DNA from: a virus
Taxonomy: Duplodnaviria > Caudoviricetes
Direction: 5' to 3' (one strand)
DNA: 39,456 nt
Virus record (IMG/VR): IMGVR_UViG_3300020043_002150
Coordinates: 1 to 39,456 of that record
This document shows positions 24,876 to 33,830 of the stretch, piece by piece (the stretch's first letter is position 1; each line of letters begins with the position of its first letter). The notes under the pieces are model-generated. The model did no database searches. It was given only the letters and a program-made list of their open reading frames with translations, and was not told the origin of the DNA. Both the position numbers and the translations under genes were made by a program.

Positions 24876-27137
24876 TTAACTATATACTTTTGGAGTTCCC
24901 TGTGCTAATGCCATATAATCTAATTGGCTTTCTGCGTCAGTGCCTTCCATTTCTGCTTTGATCTGCTGAGTTTTCATATCATCCAATGCCGCACTTGACA
25001 AGCGTTTCTTATCTTCTGGGCTTGGTTCTCTGTTCTTGCTTGCTTCAGCACCTGCGGCAATCATAGCCTGGACTTCTTCATCACTTGGCAAATAAGTATC
25101 GCAGTCTTTGACACCTAAAACATAAAGAGTGTCCGCAAAAGGCTTCTTGACCTTTTTATACACTTCTGGAGTTAGAGTGCCACTGGTCACCATTTGCTGT
25201 GTTGTAGCATACAAGTCTGCTTGACATTTCTGAATGATTTGTAATCTACCCAAAGCATTTTCTTCACTCATCATACCTAAAGCAAGTTCAGTGTGAATTT
25301 CTTTACGCTCACAGAAGTTCATATCATCCCAAGCCAAATAGTCAAGGAATTCTGCTTTCTTATCAGGATGGAATGTTGATGCTAACTTTTTAACACCATA
25401 ATCATCACCATATTGTATTAGTGTTCTCCATACTAACCAAATGGCTTCTTTCAAACCTTCAGCACTATTACGGACAATATTGTCCTGAATAATCTGGTTA
25501 GGCGACAATGCCATTTGTAGTTTAATACCACTATTACCTGGAGCCATAACTTCAGGGTTAAACACATCTGTAGGTTGTGTCATACCAACTAATGCCATTG
25601 TATCTTGTTTGATACGCTCCATAGCAGTTTCCAAGAACTGAAGATTGCCACTTGGTGGTGGGATTTGGTAAATGTCTTTTGCTGGGTCAAACTTGCTGTC
25701 AAGAATAAAGATAGCACTTTCGCCATCTTGTAGCATTTCAAAGTCAAGTCTATCAGGTTTAACACCTATTCTTGGAGTAGCAGTTAGTAAGCCCAACTGA
25801 ATCTCTGCTCTGGCTGCTGATGTATTATATTCTTGAGCAGGAACAACCGACTCCGCCACGCTCATCCCATAAAAATTACCAGGTAGAGGACGAGGGCACA
25901 TATTAGCCACAGGAATAAACTCAACTTCTCTGGCACTGATAATGTATGAACCTGAGTATATAATCTCTACAAGTTCTAACTCACCATCACCGTCAATGTC
26001 AAATCTGTTCCAAGCAGTGACAATACTAACAATACGGCTGTCTTGGTCTTGTGATGAACTACTGCTTACAGGCAAGCCCATAACAGGCACTGAATCTCTG
26101 GCGTGAATAGCCAAGTTGTTTAATACACTACCCGCTTGATACGCACCGCTTTGGTTGTATTCTGCGTGTGTGCGGAATTGTTCTAAATTGATATCTGGGT
26201 ATAATTCCAAGGCTTCCTGTATGGTCATTGGGTCGTAGAAGCCACAGAATGGTTGATCTTTAATCTCAGGCACCGTTGGGTCGCATAACCAGTAGTGTTG
26301 TGCGATAGGGTGGAATTTAATATTGATACTATAGCCAGTTAGTTTATACTTGGCTTTGTATATAGTGTTTCTTGCTACAGCATCATCTAATACTGATTTC
26401 TCAGCATCAACGCTAATGGTTTGTAAATCTTCTTCTACCATTAAATCTTCGCCTTCGGCAAAGCCAGCCATAGCACTTTCTAAATGGTCTTTACCCATTT
26501 GTGCTCGTTCAGGTCCAAGATTTTGTTGGATTTCTGCCATAGCCTTTTCCATATCAATACTGACTTGTCGTTTGCTTTGGCGTAGTGCTGTCAAACCACT
26601 TTCAGCGGCTTGTTGTTCAAATGCTCGTAATTGGTCATTAGTTCCAGTTGTCTCAACATAACGGACGATTTGTTCCCTGATAGGTTTAATCATCATCATA
26701 CCGTTCTTGTGTAAGTTAGCATCCATAATCCAACGCTCTAAAATAAAGTGTGGATCGTTCATTTGATTGACAACTTTACTGACCATATCAGTGGCTTGTC
26801 TGGCTGCTATTTCATCATCTTCTCCATCGGCTACGAACTCAAAGTTGATTTCGCCACCAGGCATTAAACCTTTAGCGATAACGGCTGTGGCGTAATCTAC
26901 AACAGGCTTTACGGTTGGGTGGATATAGTCAATACCATTTACTGGTGCTGTAGAGTTAGTCACAGCCAAACATAGATAGTGATAGTCGGCACTTCTATTC
27001 ACAGCATTTTTAGTTGCCAAATAGCGTAAATAACTTGCCATCTTGACATCTAATAAGTTCTTCAAACGCACGAAGTTGGCGTTTTGTTTTCTGTTCTTAT
27101 TGATGTCTTCAAGAACGGTGTTTTTTATGTCTAACAT
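24876..27137 (-). CDS. Portal protein (P22/SU10-like)
   Basis: 753 aa; ED..AA.QAT, D....KNG, DIDGDG.LE, P.P..FYGMSVAE motifs; downstream of the terminase. Confidence 0.88.
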   Translation of the reverse strand: MLDIKNTVLEDINKNRKQNANFVRLKNLLDVKMASYLRYLATKNAVNRSADYHYLCLAVTNSTAPVNGIDYIHPTVKPVVDYATAVIAKGLMPGGEINFEFVADGEDDEIAARQATDMVSKVVNQMNDPHFILERWIMDANLHKNGMMMIKPIREQIVRYVETTGTNDQLRAFEQQAAESGLTALRQSKRQVSIDMEKAMAEIQQNLGPERAQMGKDHLESAMAGFAEGEDLMVEEDLQTISVDAEKSVLDDAVARNTIYKAKYKLTGYSINIKFHPIAQHYWLCDPTVPEIKDQPFCGFYDPMTIQEALELYPDINLEQFRTHAEYNQSGAYQAGSVLNNLAIHARDSVPVMGLPVSSSSSQDQDSRIVSIVTAWNRFDIDGDGELELVEIIYSGSYIISAREVEFIPVANMCPRPLPGNFYGMSVAESVVPAQEYNTSAARAEIQLGLLTATPRIGVKPDRLDFEMLQDGESAIFILDSKFDPAKDIYQIPPPSGNLQFLETAMERIKQDTMALVGMTQPTDVFNPEVMAPGNSGIKLQMALSPNQIIQDNIVRNSAEGLKEAIWLVWRTLIQYGDDYGVKKLASTFHPDKKAEFLDYLAWDDMNFCERKEIHTELALGMMSEENALGRLQIIQKCQADLYATTQQMVTSGTLTPEVYKKVKKPFADTLYVLGVKDCDTYLPSDEEVQAMIAAGAEASKNREPSPEDKKRLSSAALDDMKTQQIKAEMEGTDAESQLDYMALAQGTPKVYS

Positions 27138-27165
27138 ATTGGGTAATTACCTTTAGTTTATTCTA

Positions 27166-27297
27166 TTATTTAGCGTTTTCTTTAGGCATTGGCTGAACAG
27201 GCTTTTCTTCTTTGGGGTCTTTTTTCCCAAAGACAGCGTCCCAATTGTCCCTGATTTTTGCTGTGTCTTCGCGTCTGCGATTACTTCCTTTTCCCAT
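27166..27297 (-). CDS. Small conserved phage protein, 43 aa (absent from the ORF track)
   Basis: MGKGSNRRREDTAKIRDNWDAVFGKKDPKEEKPVQPMPKENAK, with AGGAGA SD. The stop overlaps the TAAATA box (27167-27172) of the portal gene. Confidence 0.75.
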   Translation of the reverse strand: MGKGSNRRREDTAKIRDNWDAVFGKKDPKEEKPVQPMPKENAK

Positions 27298-27520
27298 ATG
27301 ATTCTCCTAAATCTAATGCTGTTCGTATTCTGTCCAGTTCTTCTGGACTTACCATAAAAAAGAATTCTCTCCAACCTAATTCTGGAATATACTTTTTAAT
27401 CTTTAATACATATTGATCGTTGCTATGTTTTCTCAATGACAAGTCTAACTTGTAATCTTCTCTGTTTATAATGTTTGCCGCAGGCGTTTGTCCTGGGGCG
27501 GCTGTGACTGGTAGTTTCAT
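27281..27520 (-). CDS. Hypothetical protein
   Basis: 79 aa, AGAGGA SD, ATGA-coupled. Confidence 0.7.
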   Translation of the reverse strand: MKLPVTAAPGQTPAANIINREDYKLDLSLRKHSNDQYVLKIKKYIPELGWREFFFMVSPEELDRIRTALDLGESYGKRK

Positions 27521-28059
27521 TTTTTATCCTCTAATAATGCTATAGCAAGTTTTCCGTGCTTTACTATATAAGCCTCTAAATGAGGCTTTAGTCTTTTAGC
27601 AACACGATCATATGTGCTACTAACCAAATGCTCACTGACTACTTTATACGCAGGGTTTAATCTGTAATCATTGATAGTTTTATAACCTTGTTCGTCATCG
27701 TGTTCGTAATAGTTCAGGTATATAAATTCTGTGGGTAATATTTTAATTTTACCATCTTTATATTCTGCTGTTTCTATACTGCTTTGCCAACGAGCATCTA
27801 TCAATAAGTTATGTCTAAAACCAATAATAACACTGGTAATCAATAACTGCTCTAAAGTAGTAGTATTTAACTTGCCTGTATAAACGATATCTACATCCAT
27901 AGTATTTTTGATATCAGTTAAACATCTGCCTGTTATGTATCCTTTATATTCACTGCGTTCAATGACTAATTTCATATCATCATACCAAGCAGATATGGCA
28001 GCAATAGTTGGTCTATTAAAACCTCTGTCTGTGGTATATGCTCCTCTGGTATATTTCAT
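27517..28059 (-). CDS. Putative Pol-beta-fold nucleotidyltransferase
   Basis: YITGR......TMDVDIV plus a later LID fits the hG[GS]-x-DhD-..D signature, with R in place of S. Confidence 0.55.
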   Translation of the reverse strand: MKYTRGAYTTDRGFNRPTIAAISAWYDDMKLVIERSEYKGYITGRCLTDIKNTMDVDIVYTGKLNTTTLEQLLITSVIIGFRHNLLIDARWQSSIETAEYKDGKIKILPTEFIYLNYYEHDDEQGYKTINDYRLNPAYKVVSEHLVSSTYDRVAKRLKPHLEAYIVKHGKLAIALLEDKK

Positions 28060-29015
28060 ATTGGTTCCTTGTAATTTCTTTCTACTACTTTTTTATCTGT
28101 ATATTTTTGATTGATGTAATCTAATCCGCAGAAATCTATGTATTGTTGTAAAGTTCGTTTAGTGCCTAATCCGTATATGCCAAGTTCTTTGCCAGTTGTA
28201 ATACGATTACATCTGTTTTTACCAGCCGTGCTAAATTCGTGCCATTTAACAGCACTATTATGTTCTACCATTTTATCTGCCCAATGCTTACTGCGATATT
28301 TGCCAACATATTGATGATATACTGGCATTGTTGGAATGTGAAATAAATTGTAGCCGTGTGTCCATAAGCGTAATGCGTATGAGCATTCTTCTCCACTAAA
28401 ATATAAATGCGGGTCATACGGAACACGCTCTACTAAATGACCTGGTCCAAACAAGCAACCACCAGCCACTAAAAATGCGTGGCAAGGTTCTTGTTTAGAA
28501 TTATAAGTTCCGCGAATAGTAGCGTGTCGTTCTTTGTCATTCTTAAATGTGTGTTCTTCATTGACTGCTAACAACATACAATCTTTACTTGTCTGTCCTT
28601 TTTTCAGGTTAGTTAAATCACCGTCAATAATCTCAAACGGATATGGATAACTACTGATAACTGGATTAGCGTGATATTGTTCTAAATGTCTGGATTGTTC
28701 AATAAAATATTTGTCCCAATCTTTGTCAAAGATTGTATGACTATCTATTTGGAAATAGTAATCTTCTTCGTTGTATAAAGTCTGGCATAAATGTCTTGCC
28801 CAACAAGCACCTCTGGCAAGGTGTGGTTCTATCCTGACATACCTAATTTGTTTCTTAAACTCAAAGTAGTTAGGGTCAAATGTTTCTATGCCATAACTTT
28901 GATCTACAATACCAAACACCAGACTATCTTTGTAGTGTGCGTTTTCGTAGGCATCTTTGACGGTGTTTGCTAATAACGGATCTCTATAACTTGCTATACT
29001 AATAAAAATCTTCAT
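28056..29015 (-). CDS. GT60-like polypeptide alpha-N-acetylglucosaminyltransferase (Gnt1-like)
   Basis: IFISIASYRD, RGACWAR, QIDSH..F...WD, VPYDP..YF.GEE...R.WTHG, ..H.Y and YGLG..R motifs. Confidence 0.85.
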   Translation of the reverse strand: MKIFISIASYRDPLLANTVKDAYENAHYKDSLVFGIVDQSYGIETFDPNYFEFKKQIRYVRIEPHLARGACWARHLCQTLYNEEDYYFQIDSHTIFDKDWDKYFIEQSRHLEQYHANPVISSYPYPFEIIDGDLTNLKKGQTSKDCMLLAVNEEHTFKNDKERHATIRGTYNSKQEPCHAFLVAGGCLFGPGHLVERVPYDPHLYFSGEECSYALRLWTHGYNLFHIPTMPVYHQYVGKYRSKHWADKMVEHNSAVKWHEFSTAGKNRCNRITTGKELGIYGLGTKRTLQQYIDFCGLDYINQKYTDKKVVERNYKEPI

Positions 29016-29024
29016 TTCAATTCC

Positions 29025-30641
29025 TTATTCAGCCGAATATGTTTTCTTCCAACTCGGTTTGTTTGTGTCATCATATTTAACATATCTTTCACGCTGTGCG
29101 GCAAATCTCTGTTGTGGAGTTCTTCCATCCCAGGGTTCTGCGATGCCTTGTAGCACAGCCATAATAGCATAACGACAACTATCTATACAATCATCTGGAT
29201 CACTGAATCTGCCTTTTTCATCAACGAAGTAGTTTTGTGCTTCATTTAAGAACTGAACGCAGTTCTCATTGATATACAATGTGCCTGTTTCAAACATCTG
29301 TCGCATTTGGTTGATACCATAACTTTTGTGGTTAGTCTGCTTGCCGTATTGATCTGGCGGATTCATAATAGCGTGTTCATAAACATTTAAGCCATATTGC
29401 TCAAACAATTCACGGATACTGCTACTACTCATAGTGTATCTGCCTTTGGTGCTTGCGTCTGCTGGTAATACGATAGGTGTGCCAAATACTTCAGGACGCA
29501 ACAAGTGATTGACATACTGAGTAGGCACGGCTTCTTCTACACCTTGTATAACAATCTGTCGGTGTAAGTATGCCATCTTTTCTATTGGTTCCCAATACAT
29601 TAAACTGATTACGGTTTTGTCATTTACTAAACCCAAGTCAAGTGCGATAACTCGTTGTATATTAGGCATCCTGTTAAAATCTACTTCACCAGTTTTGTAA
29701 GTCACTGCTGTCCAATCTGCCAACTGGAACACAGCACCTTTGCCCATCACAGGCTTACCTGCGATACGGGCTTCTCGTTCGTGTGGTAGATAATCTCGCT
29801 CAAGTTGTCGTCTGGTTTCTTTTAACAAGAATGGCTGACCCCAAGGATCATATTCAGGCACATCGTCCCAACTTACCCTGATATAGTTATAACCTTCTTC
29901 TTTGTTCCAGAACTTACTTACAAGACCGTTTAGTCCTTTAAGTGGCGTAAAAGAGCAAAGGATTTTACCCTGCGTAGTTGCTGTTCGAGTGACAATCTCA
30001 CTAAAGAAATCATCAGGCGGTTGCTCATCGAAGACAGCCAAATTGAGTTTAAAACCTTGTAATTGACGAACCTCCTGAGTATAATTTGCGAAAAGCAAAT
30101 AACTATTAGCCCCAGAAGTATGTTTAATCTCCACACCGATACAATTGGCACCGTCATTTCGCATAGTATCAACAATGATACAATCACGAGGAACAGCACC
30201 AGTTCCCAAGTTTTCAGTAATTTTAACATCTTGAGTTCCTAACAATTCGTTTTGTAGCACCAAGGCTACCTGTGACCAACCTTCGCCAGCCACCATACAA
30301 GTTATCGGACTTGTAAATCTATGTCCCTGCCACCAATCTGGATATCTGCCAGTTAAATGACAAGCAGTCTCAAAGCAAGTTGATACGGTTTTACCAATAC
30401 GGTTAGCAGCCAATATGCCTCGTCTATCGTGTTCGCCTGTGGCAAAGAATCTGAGTTGGTGTTCAAACGGTCTAAAATACTTTAGACTATTAAACTTCAT
30501 ATCCTCTGCTACGGTAATAGCCAAGTCCATTAGTTGTGATTGTAATGAACCTGGTATATTTTTTAATGCGTCAATAGTAAGGTTGTGCTTATCCACGCTG
30601 TAGCGTAGTGCTCTTGCCATCAATACATCTTGTCCTAACAT
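29025..30641 (-). CDS. terL: Terminase large subunit
   Basis: Walker A AANRIGKT, Walker B VFDEQP, FTPLKG, and nuclease motifs ALDLG...DD.IDS.RYA. Confidence 0.95.
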   Translation of the reverse strand: MLGQDVLMARALRYSVDKHNLTIDALKNIPGSLQSQLMDLAITVAEDMKFNSLKYFRPFEHQLRFFATGEHDRRGILAANRIGKTVSTCFETACHLTGRYPDWWQGHRFTSPITCMVAGEGWSQVALVLQNELLGTQDVKITENLGTGAVPRDCIIVDTMRNDGANCIGVEIKHTSGANSYLLFANYTQEVRQLQGFKLNLAVFDEQPPDDFFSEIVTRTATTQGKILCSFTPLKGLNGLVSKFWNKEEGYNYIRVSWDDVPEYDPWGQPFLLKETRRQLERDYLPHEREARIAGKPVMGKGAVFQLADWTAVTYKTGEVDFNRMPNIQRVIALDLGLVNDKTVISLMYWEPIEKMAYLHRQIVIQGVEEAVPTQYVNHLLRPEVFGTPIVLPADASTKGRYTMSSSSIRELFEQYGLNVYEHAIMNPPDQYGKQTNHKSYGINQMRQMFETGTLYINENCVQFLNEAQNYFVDEKGRFSDPDDCIDSCRYAIMAVLQGIAEPWDGRTPQQRFAAQRERYVKYDDTNKPSWKKTYSAE

Positions 30642-30937
30642 TAGTCTGCCTTTAGTTCTTGTCTAATTTGATGAACATAAAACATTGCCTGAGCAAGGCT
30701 TTCTATTTCATCACAACTTAAACTCCAAGTGTCAGGGTCGGATAAGTCTGTGGTTTCCAATTTAGTTAAACCTATTTGTAATCGTTCTGTGATTAAACGA
30801 AGGATATGCTCAACCTGATTAGGATACTTGTCAGCAAATGCGATACGATGACTGGCATTTACCTTTTGTAAGATAAGCGTGTCATTATATCGGGCAGCGT
30901 CTTGTGCTGCCTTTATTTCGGATTCTCGGGCGGTCAT
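30641..30937 (-). CDS. Hypothetical protein (alternative small-terminase candidate)
   Basis: Helical ORF coupled to terL; likely ATG 30937 in ATGA overlap. Confidence 0.65.
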   Translation of the reverse strand: MTARESEIKAAQDAARYNDTLILQKVNASHRIAFADKYPNQVEHILRLITERLQIGLTKLETTDLSDPDTWSLSCDEIESLAQAMFYVHQIRQELKAD

Positions 30938-31707
30938 TTTGACAAGTCCCAAGGATTATTACGAACTGAATCATCAAGACTGATAAACTCACGGTCGATC
31001 CATACTTCCCACTGATTAGACTTATTGACTTTAAATGTCATCATCATACCACGCAAGCGTTTGCCCATAGGTGTTAGTGTGCCATCTTCACGGACAATAG
31101 TTTGTTCGCCTGTGCGTGGATCTACCCATTTAATAATTTCTGGGCGTTCTCTGCCAAACTTGTCTATTTTACTGCCGCTGGGCTTTTGCTCAAGTGGTCC
31201 AAGAACTTCATAACTAATCATTCCGTTTTTGTATTTGCGGAACAACATATGACATTTTTTATCCATTGCTCTGGCTTCTGGATCAGGATGTGGAACAATA
31301 GGACTATAGAATATATTTTGAACTTGGCTACGGTCAGGTAAGTTAGAATCTCGTTCAGGAACTTCTTTTAGAGGTTCTTCAGGAATCATCTCTGCTTTGT
31401 CAATATAAGGGTTGCTGTCACCTACGAATTTAGGATCAATATCAACGCCATTTAATGCGTCCATTGCTACCTGATATTTTAATTTGTTTGCTCTACCCTT
31501 TAAGTTTAAAACGATGCCTGTTTCATCAAATACGAAACGCTCAAGTTCTTTGGCTGTAGGGAAGTCAGTCATTAGACCTTCTAAATCATATTCAGCGTTA
31601 GTGACTGCTTTAGGTGGTGTTGCTTTTTTTGCTGGTGTAGAACTAACTACTTTTTCTGGTGTGCCTTCGGGTTTGTCCCAAGGATTTTCTGTATTGCTTG
31701 TTATCAT
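30934..31707 (-). CDS. Hypothetical protein
   Basis: Likely ATG 31707 with AAAGGA SD; TAAATA box at 31760-31765. Confidence 0.8.
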   Translation of the reverse strand: MITSNTENPWDKPEGTPEKVVSSTPAKKATPPKAVTNAEYDLEGLMTDFPTAKELERFVFDETGIVLNLKGRANKLKYQVAMDALNGVDIDPKFVGDSNPYIDKAEMIPEEPLKEVPERDSNLPDRSQVQNIFYSPIVPHPDPEARAMDKKCHMLFRKYKNGMISYEVLGPLEQKPSGSKIDKFGRERPEIIKWVDPRTGEQTIVREDGTLTPMGKRLRGMMMTFKVNKSNQWEVWIDREFISLDDSVRNNPWDLSK

Positions 31708-31730
31708 TTCTTTTCCTTTCATAACTATAC

Positions 31731-31757
31731 AAAACAAGAGCAGTCTTGGACTGCTCT
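31731..31757 (-). terminator. Hairpin, probable intrinsic terminator overlapping a predicted start site
   Basis: AGAGCAGTC-CAA-GACTGCTCT-TGTTTT. Confidence 0.6.
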
Positions 31758-31775
31758 GTTATTTACTCTACAAAA

Positions 31776-32054
31776 TTATTTTTTGTATTTTGCTGGTAGT
31801 TTGCTACCATCAGCAGTTGGGTTCTTTTTAGGACCTGTGTTGCTGTGTAAGCCTTCTAACGCTGGGTTAGTTTTAGGTTGAACACCTCTGCCACGCATTT
31901 CTAAAGCACTTGTCACCATATTGGCTAATGTTGCTTTTTCACTGCTGGATGTAGATTTAGCATCCATAAAAGCATTACGCTTTGTAGAATTGCCAGCGTT
32001 GCCAGTTTGAGGACCACGCTTTTGGTTGATTGGTTTGCTTTGTGGGTTAGACAT
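31776..32054 (-). CDS. Small basic disordered protein
   Basis: 92 aa, K/N/G/S/P-rich; coupled start and stop. Confidence 0.7.
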   Translation of the reverse strand: MSNPQSKPINQKRGPQTGNAGNSTKRNAFMDAKSTSSSEKATLANMVTSALEMRGRGVQPKTNPALEGLHSNTGPKKNPTADGSKLPAKYKK

Positions 32055-32338
32055 TATGAGTTTCCTTTTAATGGACCACGACCATAGTTAAATGATTCTT
32101 TACCACGGTTAGGCATAGATGTTGTGCTACCATCACCTACTGCTTGACGCTTCTGTGGGTTTTTGCTGGCACTGGTCATTTCGTGCCCGCAACTTGGCAT
32201 TGCTGTGCCACCACCTGTAGGACCACGACCTTTGTTGATCATAGCGTTAGGGTTTGTTTTTTCATAGTGATTGCCAGAGAACTTATTAGAACCTTTTGCT
32301 ACACCGTTTTCCATCCAAGATAGAGTGTTGTCTTTCAT
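32054..32338 (-). CDS. Small Gly/Asn/Lys-rich protein
   Basis: 94 aa, NxGRGPxxG twice, AAGGA SD. Confidence 0.7.
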   Translation of the reverse strand: MKDNTLSWMENGVAKGSNKFSGNHYEKTNPNAMINKGRGPTGGGTAMPSCGHEMTSASKNPQKRQAVGDGSTTSMPNRGKESFNYGRGPLKGNS

Positions 32339-32496
32339 TTGCTTTTTCCTTTTTTAGCAGTTTTGGCTGATTGCTTAAACGCTTTAGCCGTTGGAGCACC
32401 TGTAGTTCCAGGCTTACGCATTGACTCTCCAGAGCCAGATTTAATACGCTCACGCTTGGCGTGAATGTTAGCATATAGTCCAGGTTTAGTTGCCAT
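32335..32496 (-). CDS. Small basic conserved phage protein (KPGLYANIHAKR type)
   Basis: Recognisable GLYANIHAKR.RI..GSGE.MRK.G..GAP motif; TAAATA(32502-32507)-N5-ATG 32496. Confidence 0.8.
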   Translation of the reverse strand: MATKPGLYANIHAKRERIKSGSGESMRKPGTTGAPTAKAFKQSAKTAKKGKSK

Positions 32497-32500
32497 AGTA

Positions 32501-32866
32501 TTATTTAGTCGTATTGACACCAGTTAGTTTAGACAATGCTTCGGCAAATGCCTGTTGTTTGGCTGCTACTGCGTCGGCACTATCATTGACTTCTATTTTA
32601 GCCAATGAGTTCATAACTTTACTTAAAATAAGATTATGATATTTGATCACCGTAGCACTATCATTGTTGGCACGACTTTTTAAGAAGTCCTCAATTAAAA
32701 GTTCTTCGTAATCTCTGCCTTTTGCTTGGTTATAAACTTGCTCAAGCAAACCACCAATAGTGATAGCATCTTTACTGCCTTTAGGTCTTCCGCTTCCAGG
32801 ACGATATCCACCGTGACTTTTTACATCAGGGTTGGATTTTGTAGCAATTTTCTTTTCTTTTGTCAT
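32501..32866 (-). CDS. Putative terminase small subunit / DNA-binding protein
   Basis: GGYRPGSGRPKGS motif common at TerS N-termini; TAAATA(32872-32877)-N5-ATG. Confidence 0.6.
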   Translation of the reverse strand: MTKEKKIATKSNPDVKSHGGYRPGSGRPKGSKDAITIGGLLEQVYNQAKGRDYEELLIEDFLKSRANNDSATVIKYHNLILSKVMNSLAKIEVNDSADAVAAKQQAFAEALSKLTGVNTTK

Positions 32867-32871
32867 ACTAT

Positions 32872-32890
32872 TATTTAGTCAGATTAAATA
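32872..32890. promoter_or_regulatory. Back-to-back divergent TAAATA boxes
   Basis: Minus-strand TAAATA at 32872-32877 and plus-strand TAAATA at 32885-32890, between divergent genes. Confidence 0.7.
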
Positions 32891-32914
32891 TACAATCACT
32901 TGAAAGGATATGAA

Positions 32915-33403
32915 ATGAACTCATACATATGGCGTCCAGCAACAGGACAAGATGTCACTGCTATTGTTGCCTTGGCTGAATCAAACTTCCAAACAGAGAT
33001 AGATACTATCTTTACTCCCGAACCAATTACATATTCTCGTAATATTACATTGGCAATTATAAATCAATTCTATAAACCTACTACTGAACTCTTTAGTGTT
33101 GCTATAGAACCTACTGGTAATCTACTTGCTTACACTTGGGCTAAATCTAACGACTTTGCTCCTTGGTCAGACGATAAGATGGTTGGTGTGCGTATGGCTC
33201 ACCTTGATCTACGCTTGTCCAGTAGAAACAGAATCCAATTATTAAAAGATATGATACAACTATGGGAAGGTTTCGCATTGTTGAGTCAAAGTCCAATAAT
33301 CTGTTCTACTACTATGCGTAATGACCAACAGGCTTTTCTTAAACTACATCAACGGGCAGGTTATGATGTCCGTGGGTCATACGCTTACAAGCGTTTATTC
33401 TAA
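32915..33403 (+). CDS. GNAT-fold acetyltransferase
   Basis: N-terminal WRPAT..D...I and C-terminal FLKLHQRAGY motif; AAAGGA SD. The only credible plus-strand gene. Confidence 0.7.
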   Translation: MNSYIWRPATGQDVTAIVALAESNFQTEIDTIFTPEPITYSRNITLAIINQFYKPTTELFSVAIEPTGNLLAYTWAKSNDFAPWSDDKMVGVRMAHLDLRLSSRNRIQLLKDMIQLWEGFALLSQSPIICSTTMRNDQQAFLKLHQRAGYDVRGSYAYKRLF

Positions 33404-33826
33404 TGTGCTACGCAACATCCATAAACTCTTATTCAAATCTAAAATCTGTTCTTGAGCGTAATTGCTGATTTCGTCGTGTTCTTCTTCTTCGGCAATTTCG
33501 TTTAATTCTTTAAAACAATCACAGAGTTGATCTAAATCAGCCATTACCATTTCAAGCAACTCATCAGCCGTGCCTTCAATAGCATCTGTAGGCAAATCTG
33601 AGTTGGATAATATCTCATAAAGATCATTAGGCATTGGTTCTTGTAAAGTGCGTAATAGTTCGCCAATCACATCAATCTGTGCTTGTCTGCGTTCATATAC
33701 ACCCTGAAGCAATTTGTGATCGCTTCTAAAGTTTCTGCCTGTGATGTTTGCGTGGGCAGCGTGGCTTCTGTAATATGCTACGAAGTTGTCATTAAAGACT
33801 TGGGTTAGTTGTTCTGCTGTTGTCAT
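33395..33826 (-). CDS. dps: Dps/ferritin-like protein
   Basis: H.NI.G..F...H......Y.......D..GE..R ferroxidase signature and C-terminal WML; TAAATA(33832-33837)-N5-ATG 33826. Confidence 0.8.
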   Translation of the reverse strand: MTTAEQLTQVFNDNFVAYYRSHAAHANITGRNFRSDHKLLQGVYERRQAQIDVIGELLRTLQEPMPNDLYEILSNSDLPTDAIEGTADELLEMVMADLDQLCDCFKELNEIAEEEEHDEISNYAQEQILDLNKSLWMLRSTLE

Positions 33827-33830
33827 AATC

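Noticed and set aside
27153-27374. 73-aa track ORF
   Set aside because: It overlaps two better-supported genes, including the 43-aa MGKGS ORF with a strong SD, and runs across the portal promoter.
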